A stretch of 64,000 nucleotides of DNA from assembly GCA_032718475.1 (NCBI GenBank), contig JAUCBJ010009143.1, positions 62,001 to 126,000 of the forward strand. The letters run 5' to 3'. This DNA is from Nemertoderma westbladi (taxonomy: Eukaryota > Animalia > Xenacoelomorpha). Below the pieces are notes generated by a model that was given only the letters and a program-made list of their open reading frames with translations, was not told the DNA's origin and made no database searches. Numbering within the stretch: position 1 is the first letter of the stretch; each line of letters begins with the position of its first letter. Both the position numbers and the translations under genes were made by a program. This document shows positions 9,699 through 22,059 of this stretch, piece by piece.

Positions 9699-12600
9699 AC
9701 TAACGGTGGTTCAGTTATAGGCTGTAGTCCGTCGTATCTGTCTATTGGCTTGTCGCCACCTGTAAACTCATAAGACATGGGTACTCGTGTATACCAACCT
9801 AATATAGTCCTATGGGCATGTGGTCCATTGACATGCGGCTCAGCTGGTCTCGTTTCCCATATCTGGTGTGCGATCAGCTGTTCTGCACCAATCAACATAG
9901 AAACATTCCTATAACCTACCTGGTGTCTCGGTATCCTGAGCTTGTCAAAATACTCCTGTGCTATGGGACTCATCGGCGGCACCTTACCTAACTGCCTGCC
10001 GAATCCCTTCATAGCTAGACACTTAAATCCGTCCAATGGCAAAGCTTTCCGTTCTTGTCGAGTATGTTGGTCTCTCGGAAGTAGGGAATCTAGTTCTACC
10101 GAAATTCTGTGTCCCTTGAGGTCTCCTACCCCATGCATAGACTTCAACTCTATTTGGATCTCCTCGGCGTCCTGGAAGCTAGAAACAGCTCTCGCCACTT
10201 CCTCGTCGATATATGATAATGTGGACGCAGTGTCCAACATCACATATATTCGCTTCGATCCCTTATCGCCAGTGAGTTTCACCGGAATCACGCTAAATAT
10301 TTCCGACGTGGCCGATGATAAATACGTCCGCGCGCTGGTCGATGAACTATCCGCGGTGAAACCTTGGCAGGTCACTTCTCTTGCGCTCGACTCGCCATCC
10401 TCGTCCGACGAACCTGGTTGGTAACCATCGTCCTGAATGCCGGTATGCGTATTCCTCCTTATCGATATGGGTTCTTTGCTCCCCTTCCTGTGAGGATTTC
10501 GCTGTAAGTAACGGTCCGTTGGGGTGTGGAAATCCGCATGTAGCAACTTGTGATGTAGTCTGCCGCATTCCATGCATCCGTCCTTGCTGTTCGGGCACTG
10601 CCGCCGTACATGGCCTGGCGCAAGACATGCCCAACAGGTGTCCAACGTCCGCACTTGAACTCTTCTCTGTTCCGAATTTAATTCTTTGAACCGTCTGCAA
10701 CTATCTAACTTATGGTCGTCAGATCTTACCTCCTTTAGTAAACAGTATTGGCAACCTACAAATCCATCCGGCAACTCCTGTTGCTTTAACCTAGGTCTAT
10801 CTAACCGCTCACCTGACCATACTCGCGAGTCTGATCTAAAGGCTGGGGTACTCGAATTATATCTGTCTACTGAGTTATAAGTCACAGTGGTCCTGTCATC
10901 GTCAAAACTTACCATAGACTTACCGGTAACAGGTTTAGACTCCCTCATATTCTCCTCTGAGAAGTTTGATTTCATCTCTGCTACTGCGTCTGTGGCTATC
11001 ATGTCATGAATATGCTGAAGTGTCAATACTTTACCTTGGCCCGCCAACTTATTCTCTAATTTGCGCCATTTCTGTCGGTAACGCATGTTTAGACGTCTTA
11101 TTACGCTCTTTAAGACTTCGGCGTGATCACCATGATGAGGTAGATTCACCGTCTTCAAGATGTCCAATGCGTTCGAAATAGCGTTCGCTAAGTTCAACAG
11201 CTCTAATGGAGTTATAATCCTTCCGCCCTTACCCAAGTCTTCTACTATCGACTGTGCCATCTTGGTTTTATTCCCGTAGATGTCGCTAAGCGTCTTCATC
11301 GCTAACTCGAATGCTCTTTCATTGCCGACGAAGTTGTCAGCAATGGCTCTAGGTTCTCGATGGAGCATCTGAAGCAAATAGTTGAACTTCTCGTTGGGAG
11401 TAAAGGTGCTGTTGGTTAGCTGCTCGTCGACATAGGTTTTAAAGGTCCTCCAGTGCTTATGGTTACCCATAAACTTCTGGGGTTGTTGCGTCGGCAGTCC
11501 TTGCCTAGCAGCAAACTTACCTATGTCCCTAAGGGTTGCGTAGTTCCGGGTTAACAAATGGTTTAGTTCCGCAGGGTTGTTAAGTCTGTTCCTTTCCCGG
11601 TGGTTCAAACTTACCTGCTCCACGTCCGTCCTTCTTTCCTTATAGTTTCGGGACTTCTGACGTCTCATGTCTTCCTCTTCATCGCTTGATTCGGTGTCAG
11701 TCCTTAGCGCTCGCGATGGTTTGCGCGCCGAGGCCCTGATCCAAGCCTCCTCAATAAATTTCTCGGCCGAATTTTCGAAATTGGGATTATGGATATTCGG
11801 GACAGGCGTCCTTACCTGAGGTCTATGTGGTATAGTCTCCTCCGATATGCGTACTCGTTGACTAGGCTGGACTTTATCTAACTCAGGCCTGCTAGGATTA
11901 GAATTACTTCTTACCTGGACTGCTTCCTTTAACCGTAGGTTGCTAAGCATGTCCGTTATAGGTTGGATGTGTGGCGATATAGCTTGCGCTAAACTAGCAC
12001 TTAACTCATCCCTCGTAATAAATTCCTGGCTAGGGTTCTGTTGTATAGTCGGCTCTATCTGAGTAATCCGCTGTCTCTCATATGATCCCTCTTCCGGTTT
12101 AACCCGGAAGTTCTCCGTCGAACTGGGTCGGCGCTCCGTCCGCGTATTCCAAACCCGCGGGTTCGGTTCGCCCAATACTCGTCCTGTCGGAGTTTCTCCT
12201 TTAAACTCTTCGCTCTCTCGTTCGGTGTATAGTGGTGCGGTGTTCCGATGACGTGGATCCTGGGCGATGGGTGAAGCACTAATACCAACTGGCGTGCGAT
12301 ATGTAGAGAACGGTTTAGCGATCCGTGTACTCGTAATAGCTGGACCGGGTATAGGAATTCTGGTCGTCGTTGACTCGCGTATGGTCGGAGTTCTCGCTTC
12401 CTGTTCGGCCTTATGCAGTGCGAACAGTTCTCGCAACTCTGTCCCTACACTCGCCCCACATTCTTCGATCATTCGCATCCCCTTCTCGGCGATTTCGTTC
12501 GCCTTCCTAGTCCGTTCTTCGCTCTCTAAACTTAATCTCGCACTTTCCAACTGCGCCAGTTTACGTTCTTCTTCTTCCCTCGCTCGTCTCGCTGCGCTCT

Positions 12601-14099
12601 CTTCTTCCACACGCTCCTTTTCTTCATACAATGCGTCTTCTTTTCTCGATCTCGAGTTCGCGTTCCTTGCGTCCGCGTTCGAGTTGAAGCTCGCGCTCCT
12701 TCTGTTCACGTTCGAGTTTATTGCGTTCGCGTTCGGCTTGGAGTTCGCGTTTCTTCGCTTCCAGTTCGCGTTCGAGTTGGAGTTCGCGTTTCTTCGCTTC
12801 CCGTTCGCATTCAAGTTGGAGTTCGCGTTTCTTCGCTTCCCGCTCGCATTCAAGTTGGAGTTCGCGTTCTCTCTGTTTGCGTTCGAGTTCCTCGCGCTCG
12901 CGCTCGGCTTGGAGTTCGCGTTCCCTTTGCTCGCGTTCCGCTCGCTCGCGCTTACTTATCTCTTCCAACTCTCGTAATTCCGCGTCCAACTTATGTGTGC
13001 GCTCCCGTTCCCGCTCGGCTTCCTTCCGTGCTTCCGATGCACGCAAAACTTCCGCCTGTTGTTCTTCCAGTCGGCGTCTTCTCTCCTCCGCCGAGTTGTG
13101 AGAAACAAGGGATCTAGCACATATAACCTTCCCTCGCGCGTGACTAACCTGGGAATCGCCGCTGTCTCTAGATGCGTCGTCGGGTGGAGTCAACGTCCTC
13201 TGTTGAATGTTCTCCGTCGTCGGTAGCACCTGGCCCGGTACCACCACTCCATTCTGCATCAGCCAGCTAGTAACTTCCCTCTGATAATGGCGCTCTTCCT
13301 TATCTTGGATCTCTTCCCGCTCCACTAAGTCTCTCAACTCTGCGTCACTCACCTGAGTCGCCTGCGCTTGTGATGCCCATAGCAGCCAGTTCTCCGTCCT
13401 AACTCGTCGGAATCGCTCCGATAACTCGCGGTGCTCCAACAGGGCTGCTAAAACCCTGTCGTAAATACTCGTCGCCACGTCGCTCGACTGAGACTCTACT
13501 GCCTTCTTCGCTAGGACTGCAAGCTCCTCCGTCTGCTTGAATAACGCTGAGTTATATCCTCTTCTAATCTCTACTAACTCTACCCTTCCGATGTTTGCTG
13601 AGTCGGCTAACATCTTCCTTACCTTGTCCGTCGTCCGAGTTATATGTCCGGCATGCGCGCGAAGTTTCTTCTTTATCGCGATATCTAGTTCTCTCTCGCT
13701 TACCTGACTCACACTCGGTGGACTTGAAGGATTATTTCGGGAACTACGGGTACTCCTTACAGCCGTCGGGACCACGGCACTTACCATACCCACAGGTCTG
13801 GAAACCGGGCTCCGGGCTCTCGCTTCTGCTACACTACCCTCCCTATCACTCACCTCTGTCCGGGCTGCTGTGCAGTCCTTCCTTACAGTAGCGGTAGGGG
13901 ATCCTAATACTATTACCTCTGGTTGTTGTTCTTCCTCACTAGTCACTGTCTCGTCCTCCTGTTCACTTACGTCAGCGTCGTTCGCTGCGTCGTCATAGTC
14001 GGCATTGTCATCAACAGTAATATTTACGCTATCGTCAGTCGGCGGTCCTGCCGCCGTCTCATAGCTGTCCTCTAGTGCCTCCTTGTCTGAGACACTCAT
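9699..14099 (-). pseudogene. gag: Element A gag-protease part, frameshifted near 12625-12645 and cut by the LINE
   Basis: ATG at 14099 (MSVSDK); long coiled-coil N-terminus; DUF1759-like gag core (KFMGNHKHWRTF...EKFNYL); three Cys-His knuckles; protease MLDTAST. A +1 frameshift joins ORFs 12624-14141 and 9665-12853. Confidence 0.9.
12720..12935 (-). repeat. 39-bp in-frame tandem repeat encoding EREAKKRELQLEC-type coiled-coil units in gag of A
   Basis: ggagttcgcgtttcttcgcttcccgttcgcattcaagtt repeated with variants. Confidence 0.8.
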
Positions 14100-15389
14100 A
14101 GTCTTAATAATGTTTTGCCTTCCGGCAAAAATATCTCGCAAAGTTCGAGATATAATTATAATTTAACCGAAAATACGGTCAAATTATTTGACAAATAACT
14201 AGTTGGTCCAAAATGTCAAAATAAATTCGCAATGCAATATTGTGAATTTAATGGGGTATATAGTTATAGCAAATACTAGCACAATATTTAAACAAAAATA
14301 TTATTATATAGCTACTATAGCAATTAAATACCGGTATGACACAAAATAACTTCTGAATCTAATTCAAAATATTCAGAATGAATTTGCCACTCAAATATTT
14401 CTAATTTTACATATATAGCTCTAATCAACGTAATTTTTATTTTCAAATATTATATGTATCCACTAGCGCGTGGCTACATCTTCGGGTTGCGACTCTCTCT
14501 AACTCTCTCTCTAACTTGAGCGATTCAAAAAACCATGGCTGGCTAAACCTAAATATCCTAACTAATAAATTGAGTTCAGCTTCGCAGTTAAACAACCGAT
14601 AATTTTTTACTGCTTCCACAAACACACTGGTGCCAACAGAACAACTAACCTTGTTTGCTGTGAGATTCCACGTCCGCGTCCAAAGATTCAGGCCCTTCGC
14701 TGATTGCAAACCGAACCCGCAGACCCACACGAACCCCAAACTCAGAAGTCCCGTCTTGCCATGTATCTCCAGATGGTATAAAATAACTAAGCGGTTACCT
14801 AACATACCGGTACAAAACTCTAGAATTTTACAAATAATTTTGACCGAAACTGAATTCTCGCAAACCTAGCTAAAATTTCAAAAACTTACTAATTACAATT
14901 TTGCCCTAAGGCCTAAGGAACTGCTGTATTCGCAATTAGCAAAACGCACTACCGTACATCCACTGTATGCAGTACAGTAAGTAAAACAGTACACCAACCT
15001 AACAGCCTAATGATACTGTGTGTGTGGTACGGCAAACAAGTGTCCCTTCTACCGTACGCAGTAACAGCAATCAGCCTAATGTACTACTGTACTATCGTAC
15101 GCGACCAGTGAATACAGTAATCTAAACTAGCAGCCTAAGAATACACTCAATGTTCTACCGTACGCTAGCCTATAGCCTACAGCAGACGATCACGTGCTCC
15201 AACTTATTACTTAATACTTCAGTAACAGTGATACTACTAATCAGCCTAAGAATACACTATGTCCTACTGTACGCGGTAGGCCTACAGCAGACAATAATGC
15301 GCGTATTACTGATAAACAACCGCGACCTCTATACTAACAGCAGAACTGTTGAACAGACAAATACCCGTATACTCCTCTGCCAACCTAAT

Positions 15390-15842
15390 TGTCATGAACG
15401 GGATGAATGTATATTCTTCTGATTGTTGAACCGCCCATGAACAGTTTAAAAAAAACACAATATTATGATTACATATTTCTCTAATTTAATAATTAACTAA
15501 CTAATTACAAAAATGACACATATTACAACGACAATTAGCAACTGGTTTTACCATCACCGCACCAACACTCTATGTATACTCCTATTATTGTAGCAATACT
15601 AATTGACCCTTTTAATTAGGACGAACAGCAGGGGCATGTCTTCCAAACGATGAGGTAATTCTAGCGTTGTACAAACAATAGTTAATAATATAGACGATAC
15701 TGTATGTATATCAATGATATAATGTATGAGTTGATGTCAATGAACCCCTGCTGTTGCCAACTACTGTACTATGCACATTAACATTAAATCATTAACGAAA
15801 ACAAACTTTATTTCCCTACTTGAATATATATATTTTATGACA
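15390..15842 (-). repeat. 3' LTR of element B (453 bp)
   Basis: Direct repeat of 22070-22521; only difference seen is A8 vs A7 in one homopolymer. Confidence 0.97.
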
Positions 15843-15850
15843 CTCCCCCT
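15843..15850 (-). promoter_or_regulatory. PPT of element B
   Basis: AGGGGGAG on the minus strand abutting the 3' LTR. Confidence 0.9.
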
Positions 15851-16043
15851 TGAAACTAAGAGTTTCAAATCATAACCTTCACCACGTAGGGGGTTATACA
15901 TTATTGCATTTAAAAAATTTCAAAAAATGACTAATATACAGTAAACAATATGTTATATTGTTTAGTGTAATTAATTGCACATTATAATTTTCAATTATGA
16001 TAAAGTATGAAGAATGTTCGTATTGTATTTCTTTATGACTATT

Positions 16044-19000
16044 TTAATCTATTTGTGGTGTATTTGTAGTAGATACCTCTAATGGATATAATTGTAGTAT
16101 GGATTTAACGAGTGATCTCGCTTCCTTCTTTCTGGGCGCTATTGAAATTCTCGCAGACCGCACACGGCCGTCCCTTGAAACAATTAATTCATCTATCCTA
16201 CACAACTTCCACATGCAACGGGGAATAGACTCGTTATGTAATAGACACATAGCGCCTACCTTCGGGATGATGTCTGATTTGGGTGCTACGTTGTTACTAA
16301 TGTGAGAAGAACGTAACTCTCTCAAATAATCTGTACGCCACAACTTCCACACTGAATTTTTCGCTGCCTCTTGATATTTAACCCTATCAAGTATCATTCT
16401 TCTTGCCGATTTAGATTTAGATTCAGGGTTTGGTAGAATCCCTTTATCTGATAAATCTGGTATTGCACAGAGCCGTTTTCCTACAAGAAAGTGACTCGGG
16501 GTGAGAGGCTGTACATCGTCATCTAACTTACTGTAAACATATGTGATTGGTCTGCTATTTACTGATGCTTCTACCGAAAGCGCAACAGTATGTAACTCGT
16601 CAAGTGATAAGACAGCTCGTCCTATTAACTTACGAATTCCGGATTTGCAAGTGCCAATTAAACGTTCTATAAATCCATACGCTGCTGGATTGTTTGCAAT
16701 ATTGTTTTCCCAGGTAATATTATGATCTCCAAAAATCCTGACTACCTCAGGATCTGTCAAGAATATTCGGTACGCTCTTAGCTCCTTGGCACTGCGCTTA
16801 AAGTTTGTAGCATTATCGCTAAACATAATACTCGGTATTCCTCTTCTGGCTATGAATCTGTGAAATGCGTTAATGAAAGCGACCGCTGATAAAGACGTTA
16901 CTACTTCCAAATGAACGGCTCTTATTACAGCACACGTAAACATAACAATCCACGCCTTCTCTGTTGGTTGTATTGTCTCAGTCTCGGTCTCGGTTGGTTT
17001 GGCAACTGTATGAAGTGGTCCACAAAGATCGACTCCGCAATGATCAAAGGGGCCGCGCGTTTCAATCGTTCTAGAAACTGGCAAGGGGCTGATTGCTGGC
17101 ATTGTATAGGGTTTTCCTTGAAACCTTTTACAAATGACACACGAAGACAAAATTTGTTGAATTTTCCGTCTCGCCGATGGTATCCAGAATCTCTCACGAA
17201 CCTCTACTAGTGTGTCTCTCACTCGGGAATGTGAAACGCGCTCGTGTGAGTTTAATATGACGAGTTTTGTAAAATGGTCACCTGGTGCAAGAAGAATAGG
17301 ATTTCTGGTATGGAATGGGATAGTATCATTGATTATTCTACCCTGACATCTGATCATACCTAATTCATCTAACACAAGATTTAATTGTTTAACAACGTTA
17401 GGACACTGAGTTGATTTATCACGAAGATAAGACAATTCCCGAGAATAGTTTACACGTTGTGAATCTAGAATTATTTTAATTTCGGCTAAATGTAGTTCCT
17501 TGGCTGTTAAGTATGGTAATAACACGGGGTCTTTGTGTAAACGTTTTGCTTTAATATTTTCTACAAACCGTAGAATCCAAGCTATTCTGTGTTGTACGTC
17601 CCTTTTTGTACTGAAATTATTTACATTAATTATCTGAGATAATCCTGTATCGTCTGTATTGATTGTCTTAATTGTCGTTGTCATTATGAGGGTGGACTTT
17701 ATATCTAACAGAGCACACTTGGATACTTGAGCCTCAGTAATCACTGGTGACTCTGGCCAACCAGATTCCTCCCCCGATATAAAGTCTGGACCCTCATACC
17801 ATAGTTTGTTATTTAATAATTTGTCTGGTGCCATTGTCCTTGTTGGAATGTCCGCTGGATTACACGGCCCTGGACACCACCTCCATTCTGCTCCCAATTT
17901 CTGTGTTACGTCACGGATTTCCTGTACTCTATTGTGTACAAATTGTTTGTGAGTATTATTTGTTGGTCGTATCCAATACAGTACGTCTAATGCATCGGTC
18001 CAAAATACTGAACGTGTTATTTGTAGTACCAAACCTTGATACACTAACAGTACTAGTCTTACCAGTATTAGTGCGCCAAGTAATTCTAACCATGGTACTG
18101 ATTGTTTTTGTTTAGGTGCCAGTTTAACTTTACTACATAGTAAGTTTGTAGTGTAAGTTCCGTCCGAGTGTTCTACTCTAGTGTAAATGGCACATGCGTA
18201 TAATTGTTTGCTTGCGTCTGAGAAAGCATGTATTTCTACAGTGTTATCATCTGTATTACCTAGAATACATCGAGGTACTGTAATGCTATTTAAAATTTCT
18301 AAACTGTTTAACCATGATTCCCATTTGTTCAATAAATGAGTAGGTAGTGGTTCGTCCCAATCTACCTTACTGTTAGCTAATTCCCTAAATACGATTCGTA
18401 AGGGCGTTAAAAAGGGAGATATAAGCCCTAATGGATCGTAGATCCGAGCCGTTAGTTGCAATATAGCCCTTTTCGTTGGTTTTAGATTCTTAACAAAGGA
18501 TATGACGTGGTCAAGGTTATACCCAAAGTAATCCTTACTTATATCCCACACTTGTCCCAAAATCCTTGTTTCACCGCTAGGTGGTGTTGATAAACACAAT
18601 GACTCCTTTGCGTACGTCTGGTCTTCCTCTGATAATATTGGTACAGAATTTGTTTTTAAACTTACGATTTTGGGTTTTTCAAATTGATCTATAATTTGTT
18701 GTAGCTCGACAGAATTTGTAAGCCATTTTCTTAAATTAAATCCACCCTCTAACATCAATTGCTTTGCATTCTCATACAAGAGAAGACCAGACGACACAGT
18801 GTCTGCACCAGACGCAAAGTCATCTACATACATATCCCGCAATAGTTTTTCAATTACAATACGTTTGTTTTCGTTGGCAGTATCTAATTTACTTTGTAAA
18901 TGTTTCCTGACAATAGAAAATAAAATATCTGGTGATGGCGAGAGTCCAAACATCGCCCGCGTATAGCGATATGCTTGCAATTTTGGGTTATTTACATCGA

Positions 19001-21749
19001 TGTCATTTATGTCTTTAACCCAAAGAAAACGTAGCATATCTCTATCGTCAGGATGTATTACGCATTGCATAAATGCTGCTTCAATGTCAGCGACTATTGC
19101 AATGCGGTTGGTTCTAAGACGTACTAATACTTGAAACAATAATGGTAAGAAATTAGGACCGTAATTTAAACATGAATTTAAACTAATGCCGTACTTTGTG
19201 TCTATAGCTGACGCGTTGAATACCACTCTGAGTTTTGTTGTCTGGCGTGTTTCTTTTATTACCCCATGATGAGGTACATAGTGAATTGGATTGGTAGTCG
19301 GCTGCGTAATATCGACTAGCTCAACATACCCTTTACTGAAGTGGTCCTCAATGACGTCATTGTAGCTAATCAACAACCCAGTTTTTGACAATTTCGTTAT
19401 GAGTGATTTCAGTTGAGTAGCGCATCTATGGTAGTGTTCTGGTAATTGGAATGGATCCAACTTCCATGGTAAACGAACTACGTACTTTCCGTCTTTGAAT
19501 TTAATGTCAGTTATTATGGGTTTGAGTTCTTCGCCAAGTGTTGTAATTCCGATTGACTCTAGGGACCAGAATAGTTTTAACATAGTTAGAATTTGTGACT
19601 CAGGATCTTTAACTGAGTCACCGATGTCAACACATTGGTTTGCAATCAACCGCGATTCAAGCGTTAAGGTGGTTGATGGGGAAAGGTGTTGGTTCGATTT
19701 GATTACAAGAGTTTCCTCGTAGTCAGGGATATATGCGGGGCCGGATAATAACCAGCCCACGGCGCTGTCTATGGCCACCGGCTCGTTTTGGGCGCCCCGA
19801 ATTATGGAACCTGAAACTATGTTCCAATACTCGTCAACACCTATTAAAAGCTCGATTTTAAACAATGCAGCATTGGTTACAGTTGCGTCTGCTAATTGCA
19901 GAGAGCTTAGCGTTTTACTTTGTTTTATAACGTTATGTGGAACCATGTTGTAGATTGGATCACAAATCTTTTCTATAACTAATGCTTTAATTGTTCCAAA
20001 TTCCAAATTCCTTAACTGTAATTTTATTTCAACAATTGTGAAACATTCCGAAGCTTTTGCACTTGATCCAAAACCTTGCGGTGCCAATACTTCACTTCCT
20101 ATCACTGTTAATGAATGTCGTTCGAGCACTTCCCGTAAAATAAAAGTGCGTTGAGCGCCGGGATCGAACAAAGAATTGATAGTAAAAACGTTATTTTGGT
20201 CATCGTATGCATTGATTGTCGCCGTTTGTAAGGTTGTGTTAGAATTTGTTGTGGATGACAACGTAATATTTGTAGGTTTTGGTACTTCCAGTTGTGTATT
20301 GGTTGTTTCTGTTGAAGTAACAAGTACTGTAGATTGACGTTGTGGGCCTACACCTCGTTTCAGGCAGATTGCAGGATGGTGAAAACGATTGTTGCAAAAT
20401 TTGCATTGTTTTATCGATTGGCATTTATTTGCCATATGCTCTTTGCTTAAACATATATAGCAACGGCCTTTTTCTTTTAGTATTTCCTTTCTTTCCAAAG
20501 GGTCAGTTACTGTCGAACAATCAGCTGAGTAATGAATTTGTCTACAGAACAAACAATGTGGTACAATTGTTTGTTTTGATCCCAATTTTGCTGTACTTGA
20601 GCTCGACTGGGCATTTACGTGAGCCTTTCCATCATTTGTTACACTAGCCACAAAATTAGCAGCTGTTGCGCCGTATGTGTGTCTGTTGACGTGTTTTTCC
20701 TTAAGTTTATCACGAAAGGGTGCATTGGGGGTTTCTACCGATTGTTGATAGCTGTTTTGGCCATCACTGCTCAACGAAGTGTCTATTGAATGGGGTGGGT
20801 TTATTGTATTGGATAGCATTTCCTGAGCTTCCAACTCCCCCTTGATTTGTTCCATTATCCATTCAAGGTTTTCAACTTTATCTTTATTTTTACGACAAAA
20901 TCTTAGTGCAATTCTCTCTGGAAGTGCAGCTAACACATCTGGAACTACTGTCAGCTCATATTTGTCAGTTGAAACACCTAGTGCTTCTAAAGCCCGTGCA
21001 TGCGATTGACAATGATCATAAATTTCTCGTAACGTTGTTTTGGTTTTTCTAATGGCTCTTATTTGCTCTATGTGTGCCCTGATAATTTGTCTTTCATTGC
21101 CAAATCTTTCAGTTAATAATTTCATGGCTATTGAATAATTAGTTCCGTTTACTGCTAGCCCTCCAACAGTCTTAAGGGCTTCGCCCTTGAGACTCTGACG
21201 TAGGTACTGAAATTTTATAACATCAGGCACCTGTGCTTCATCAATAGCTGTGAGAAATGCTTCATGCCAGCCTTTGAAATCCAACAAATTACCACCAAAT
21301 GTAGGGGTTTTTAGTTTGGACAGCATTGAACGTGCTAAAACTCTCCCTTCTGTTTGATTTTGAATTATAGATAAGTGGGACATGTATTCTGTTGAATTAT
21401 GTACACCTTGAAAACTAGGTTCATTGAGTGTGGTATTTGAGTGATAACCAGCATGATGCTGATTGGTGGGTAGTGACTTGCGTAAGAAAGCAATTGCATT
21501 GTTTATTATTGTTTGATACTCATCTGAATAGTCCAGATCGCTTTCCATTTCGTCATCTTCGAGCTGTATACCGATTTGCATATCGGCCTCTAAGAGTCGT
21601 TGATTCAAATCTTTAAACGTCTCCATCAATGTTGTCCTCTCAGCTTCGTCAAGTTGCGTATTCAGTCTCTTCTGCGCTCTAGTGACTTTTCCCCGTAGTA
21701 TTCCACGAGAACGTTTGAGTTGTGTTAATTCCCCGTCCATTTCTGACAT
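16044..21749 (-). CDS. gag-pol: Gag-Pol polyprotein of BEL/Pao element B (1901 aa)
   Basis: DUF1759-like gag, three Cys-His knuckles, protease LFDPGAQ, RT ADIEAAF/YVDD, RNase H FSDAS, integrase zinc finger and DDE (DLCGP, SDNATNF, ERLI), DUF5641-like end. Confidence 0.96.
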   Translation of the reverse strand: MSEMDGELTQLKRSRGILRGKVTRAQKRLNTQLDEAERTTLMETFKDLNQRLLEADMQIGIQLEDDEMESDLDYSDEYQTIINNAIAFLRKSLPTNQHHAGYHSNTTLNEPSFQGVHNSTEYMSHLSIIQNQTEGRVLARSMLSKLKTPTFGGNLLDFKGWHEAFLTAIDEAQVPDVIKFQYLRQSLKGEALKTVGGLAVNGTNYSIAMKLLTERFGNERQIIRAHIEQIRAIRKTKTTLREIYDHCQSHARALEALGVSTDKYELTVVPDVLAALPERIALRFCRKNKDKVENLEWIMEQIKGELEAQEMLSNTINPPHSIDTSLSSDGQNSYQQSVETPNAPFRDKLKEKHVNRHTYGATAANFVASVTNDGKAHVNAQSSSSTAKLGSKQTIVPHCLFCRQIHYSADCSTVTDPLERKEILKEKGRCYICLSKEHMANKCQSIKQCKFCNNRFHHPAICLKRGVGPQRQSTVLVTSTETTNTQLEVPKPTNITLSSTTNSNTTLQTATINAYDDQNNVFTINSLFDPGAQRTFILREVLERHSLTVIGSEVLAPQGFGSSAKASECFTIVEIKLQLRNLEFGTIKALVIEKICDPIYNMVPHNVIKQSKTLSSLQLADATVTNAALFKIELLIGVDEYWNIVSGSIIRGAQNEPVAIDSAVGWLLSGPAYIPDYEETLVIKSNQHLSPSTTLTLESRLIANQCVDIGDSVKDPESQILTMLKLFWSLESIGITTLGEELKPIITDIKFKDGKYVVRLPWKLDPFQLPEHYHRCATQLKSLITKLSKTGLLISYNDVIEDHFSKGYVELVDITQPTTNPIHYVPHHGVIKETRQTTKLRVVFNASAIDTKYGISLNSCLNYGPNFLPLLFQVLVRLRTNRIAIVADIEAAFMQCVIHPDDRDMLRFLWVKDINDIDVNNPKLQAYRYTRAMFGLSPSPDILFSIVRKHLQSKLDTANENKRIVIEKLLRDMYVDDFASGADTVSSGLLLYENAKQLMLEGGFNLRKWLTNSVELQQIIDQFEKPKIVSLKTNSVPILSEEDQTYAKESLCLSTPPSGETRILGQVWDISKDYFGYNLDHVISFVKNLKPTKRAILQLTARIYDPLGLISPFLTPLRIVFRELANSKVDWDEPLPTHLLNKWESWLNSLEILNSITVPRCILGNTDDNTVEIHAFSDASKQLYACAIYTRVEHSDGTYTTNLLCSKVKLAPKQKQSVPWLELLGALILVRLVLLVYQGLVLQITRSVFWTDALDVLYWIRPTNNTHKQFVHNRVQEIRDVTQKLGAEWRWCPGPCNPADIPTRTMAPDKLLNNKLWYEGPDFISGEESGWPESPVITEAQVSKCALLDIKSTLIMTTTIKTINTDDTGLSQIINVNNFSTKRDVQHRIAWILRFVENIKAKRLHKDPVLLPYLTAKELHLAEIKIILDSQRVNYSRELSYLRDKSTQCPNVVKQLNLVLDELGMIRCQGRIINDTIPFHTRNPILLAPGDHFTKLVILNSHERVSHSRVRDTLVEVRERFWIPSARRKIQQILSSCVICKRFQGKPYTMPAISPLPVSRTIETRGPFDHCGVDLCGPLHTVAKPTETETETIQPTEKAWIVMFTCAVIRAVHLEVVTSLSAVAFINAFHRFIARRGIPSIMFSDNATNFKRSAKELRAYRIFLTDPEVVRIFGDHNITWENNIANNPAAYGFIERLIGTCKSGIRKLIGRAVLSLDELHTVALSVEASVNSRPITYVYSKLDDDVQPLTPSHFLVGKRLCAIPDLSDKGILPNPESKSKSARRMILDRVKYQEAAKNSVWKLWRTDYLRELRSSHISNNVAPKSDIIPKVGAMCLLHNESIPRCMWKLCRIDELIVSRDGRVRSARISIAPRKKEARSLVKSILQLYPLEVSTTNTPQID

Positions 21750-22059
21750 GTTTTCTGATGTTGGGAAATCCTGTGTTGAACCTGTGAATTAATATGTAAG
21801 CGACAGAAGCAATCCTGTTTTGCGTCGTACTGGTGCTTACTGTAATGTACCAGTACAATTGAGTAAGTCAGACGTTTATGAAGTTACTGTAGTTGACGCT
21901 AATTTGCATTAACAGATTTCGATAATTTCATATTGTCCTTGGTTGTTGCAATTAGATAGAAGATACCAACGCAACATGAATTAACACAGTATAATTACTG
22001 TGATTCTGTAATCCTAATGAAGTTTGACTTACCCAGTTGAATATTACTGCCGTTTAACA

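Noticed and set aside
12267-13101. Antisense ORFs of 236 aa and 126 aa, and similar ones such as 37751-38356 and 9942-10424
   Set aside because: Shadows of the gag-pol frames and their repeats; no independent motifs.
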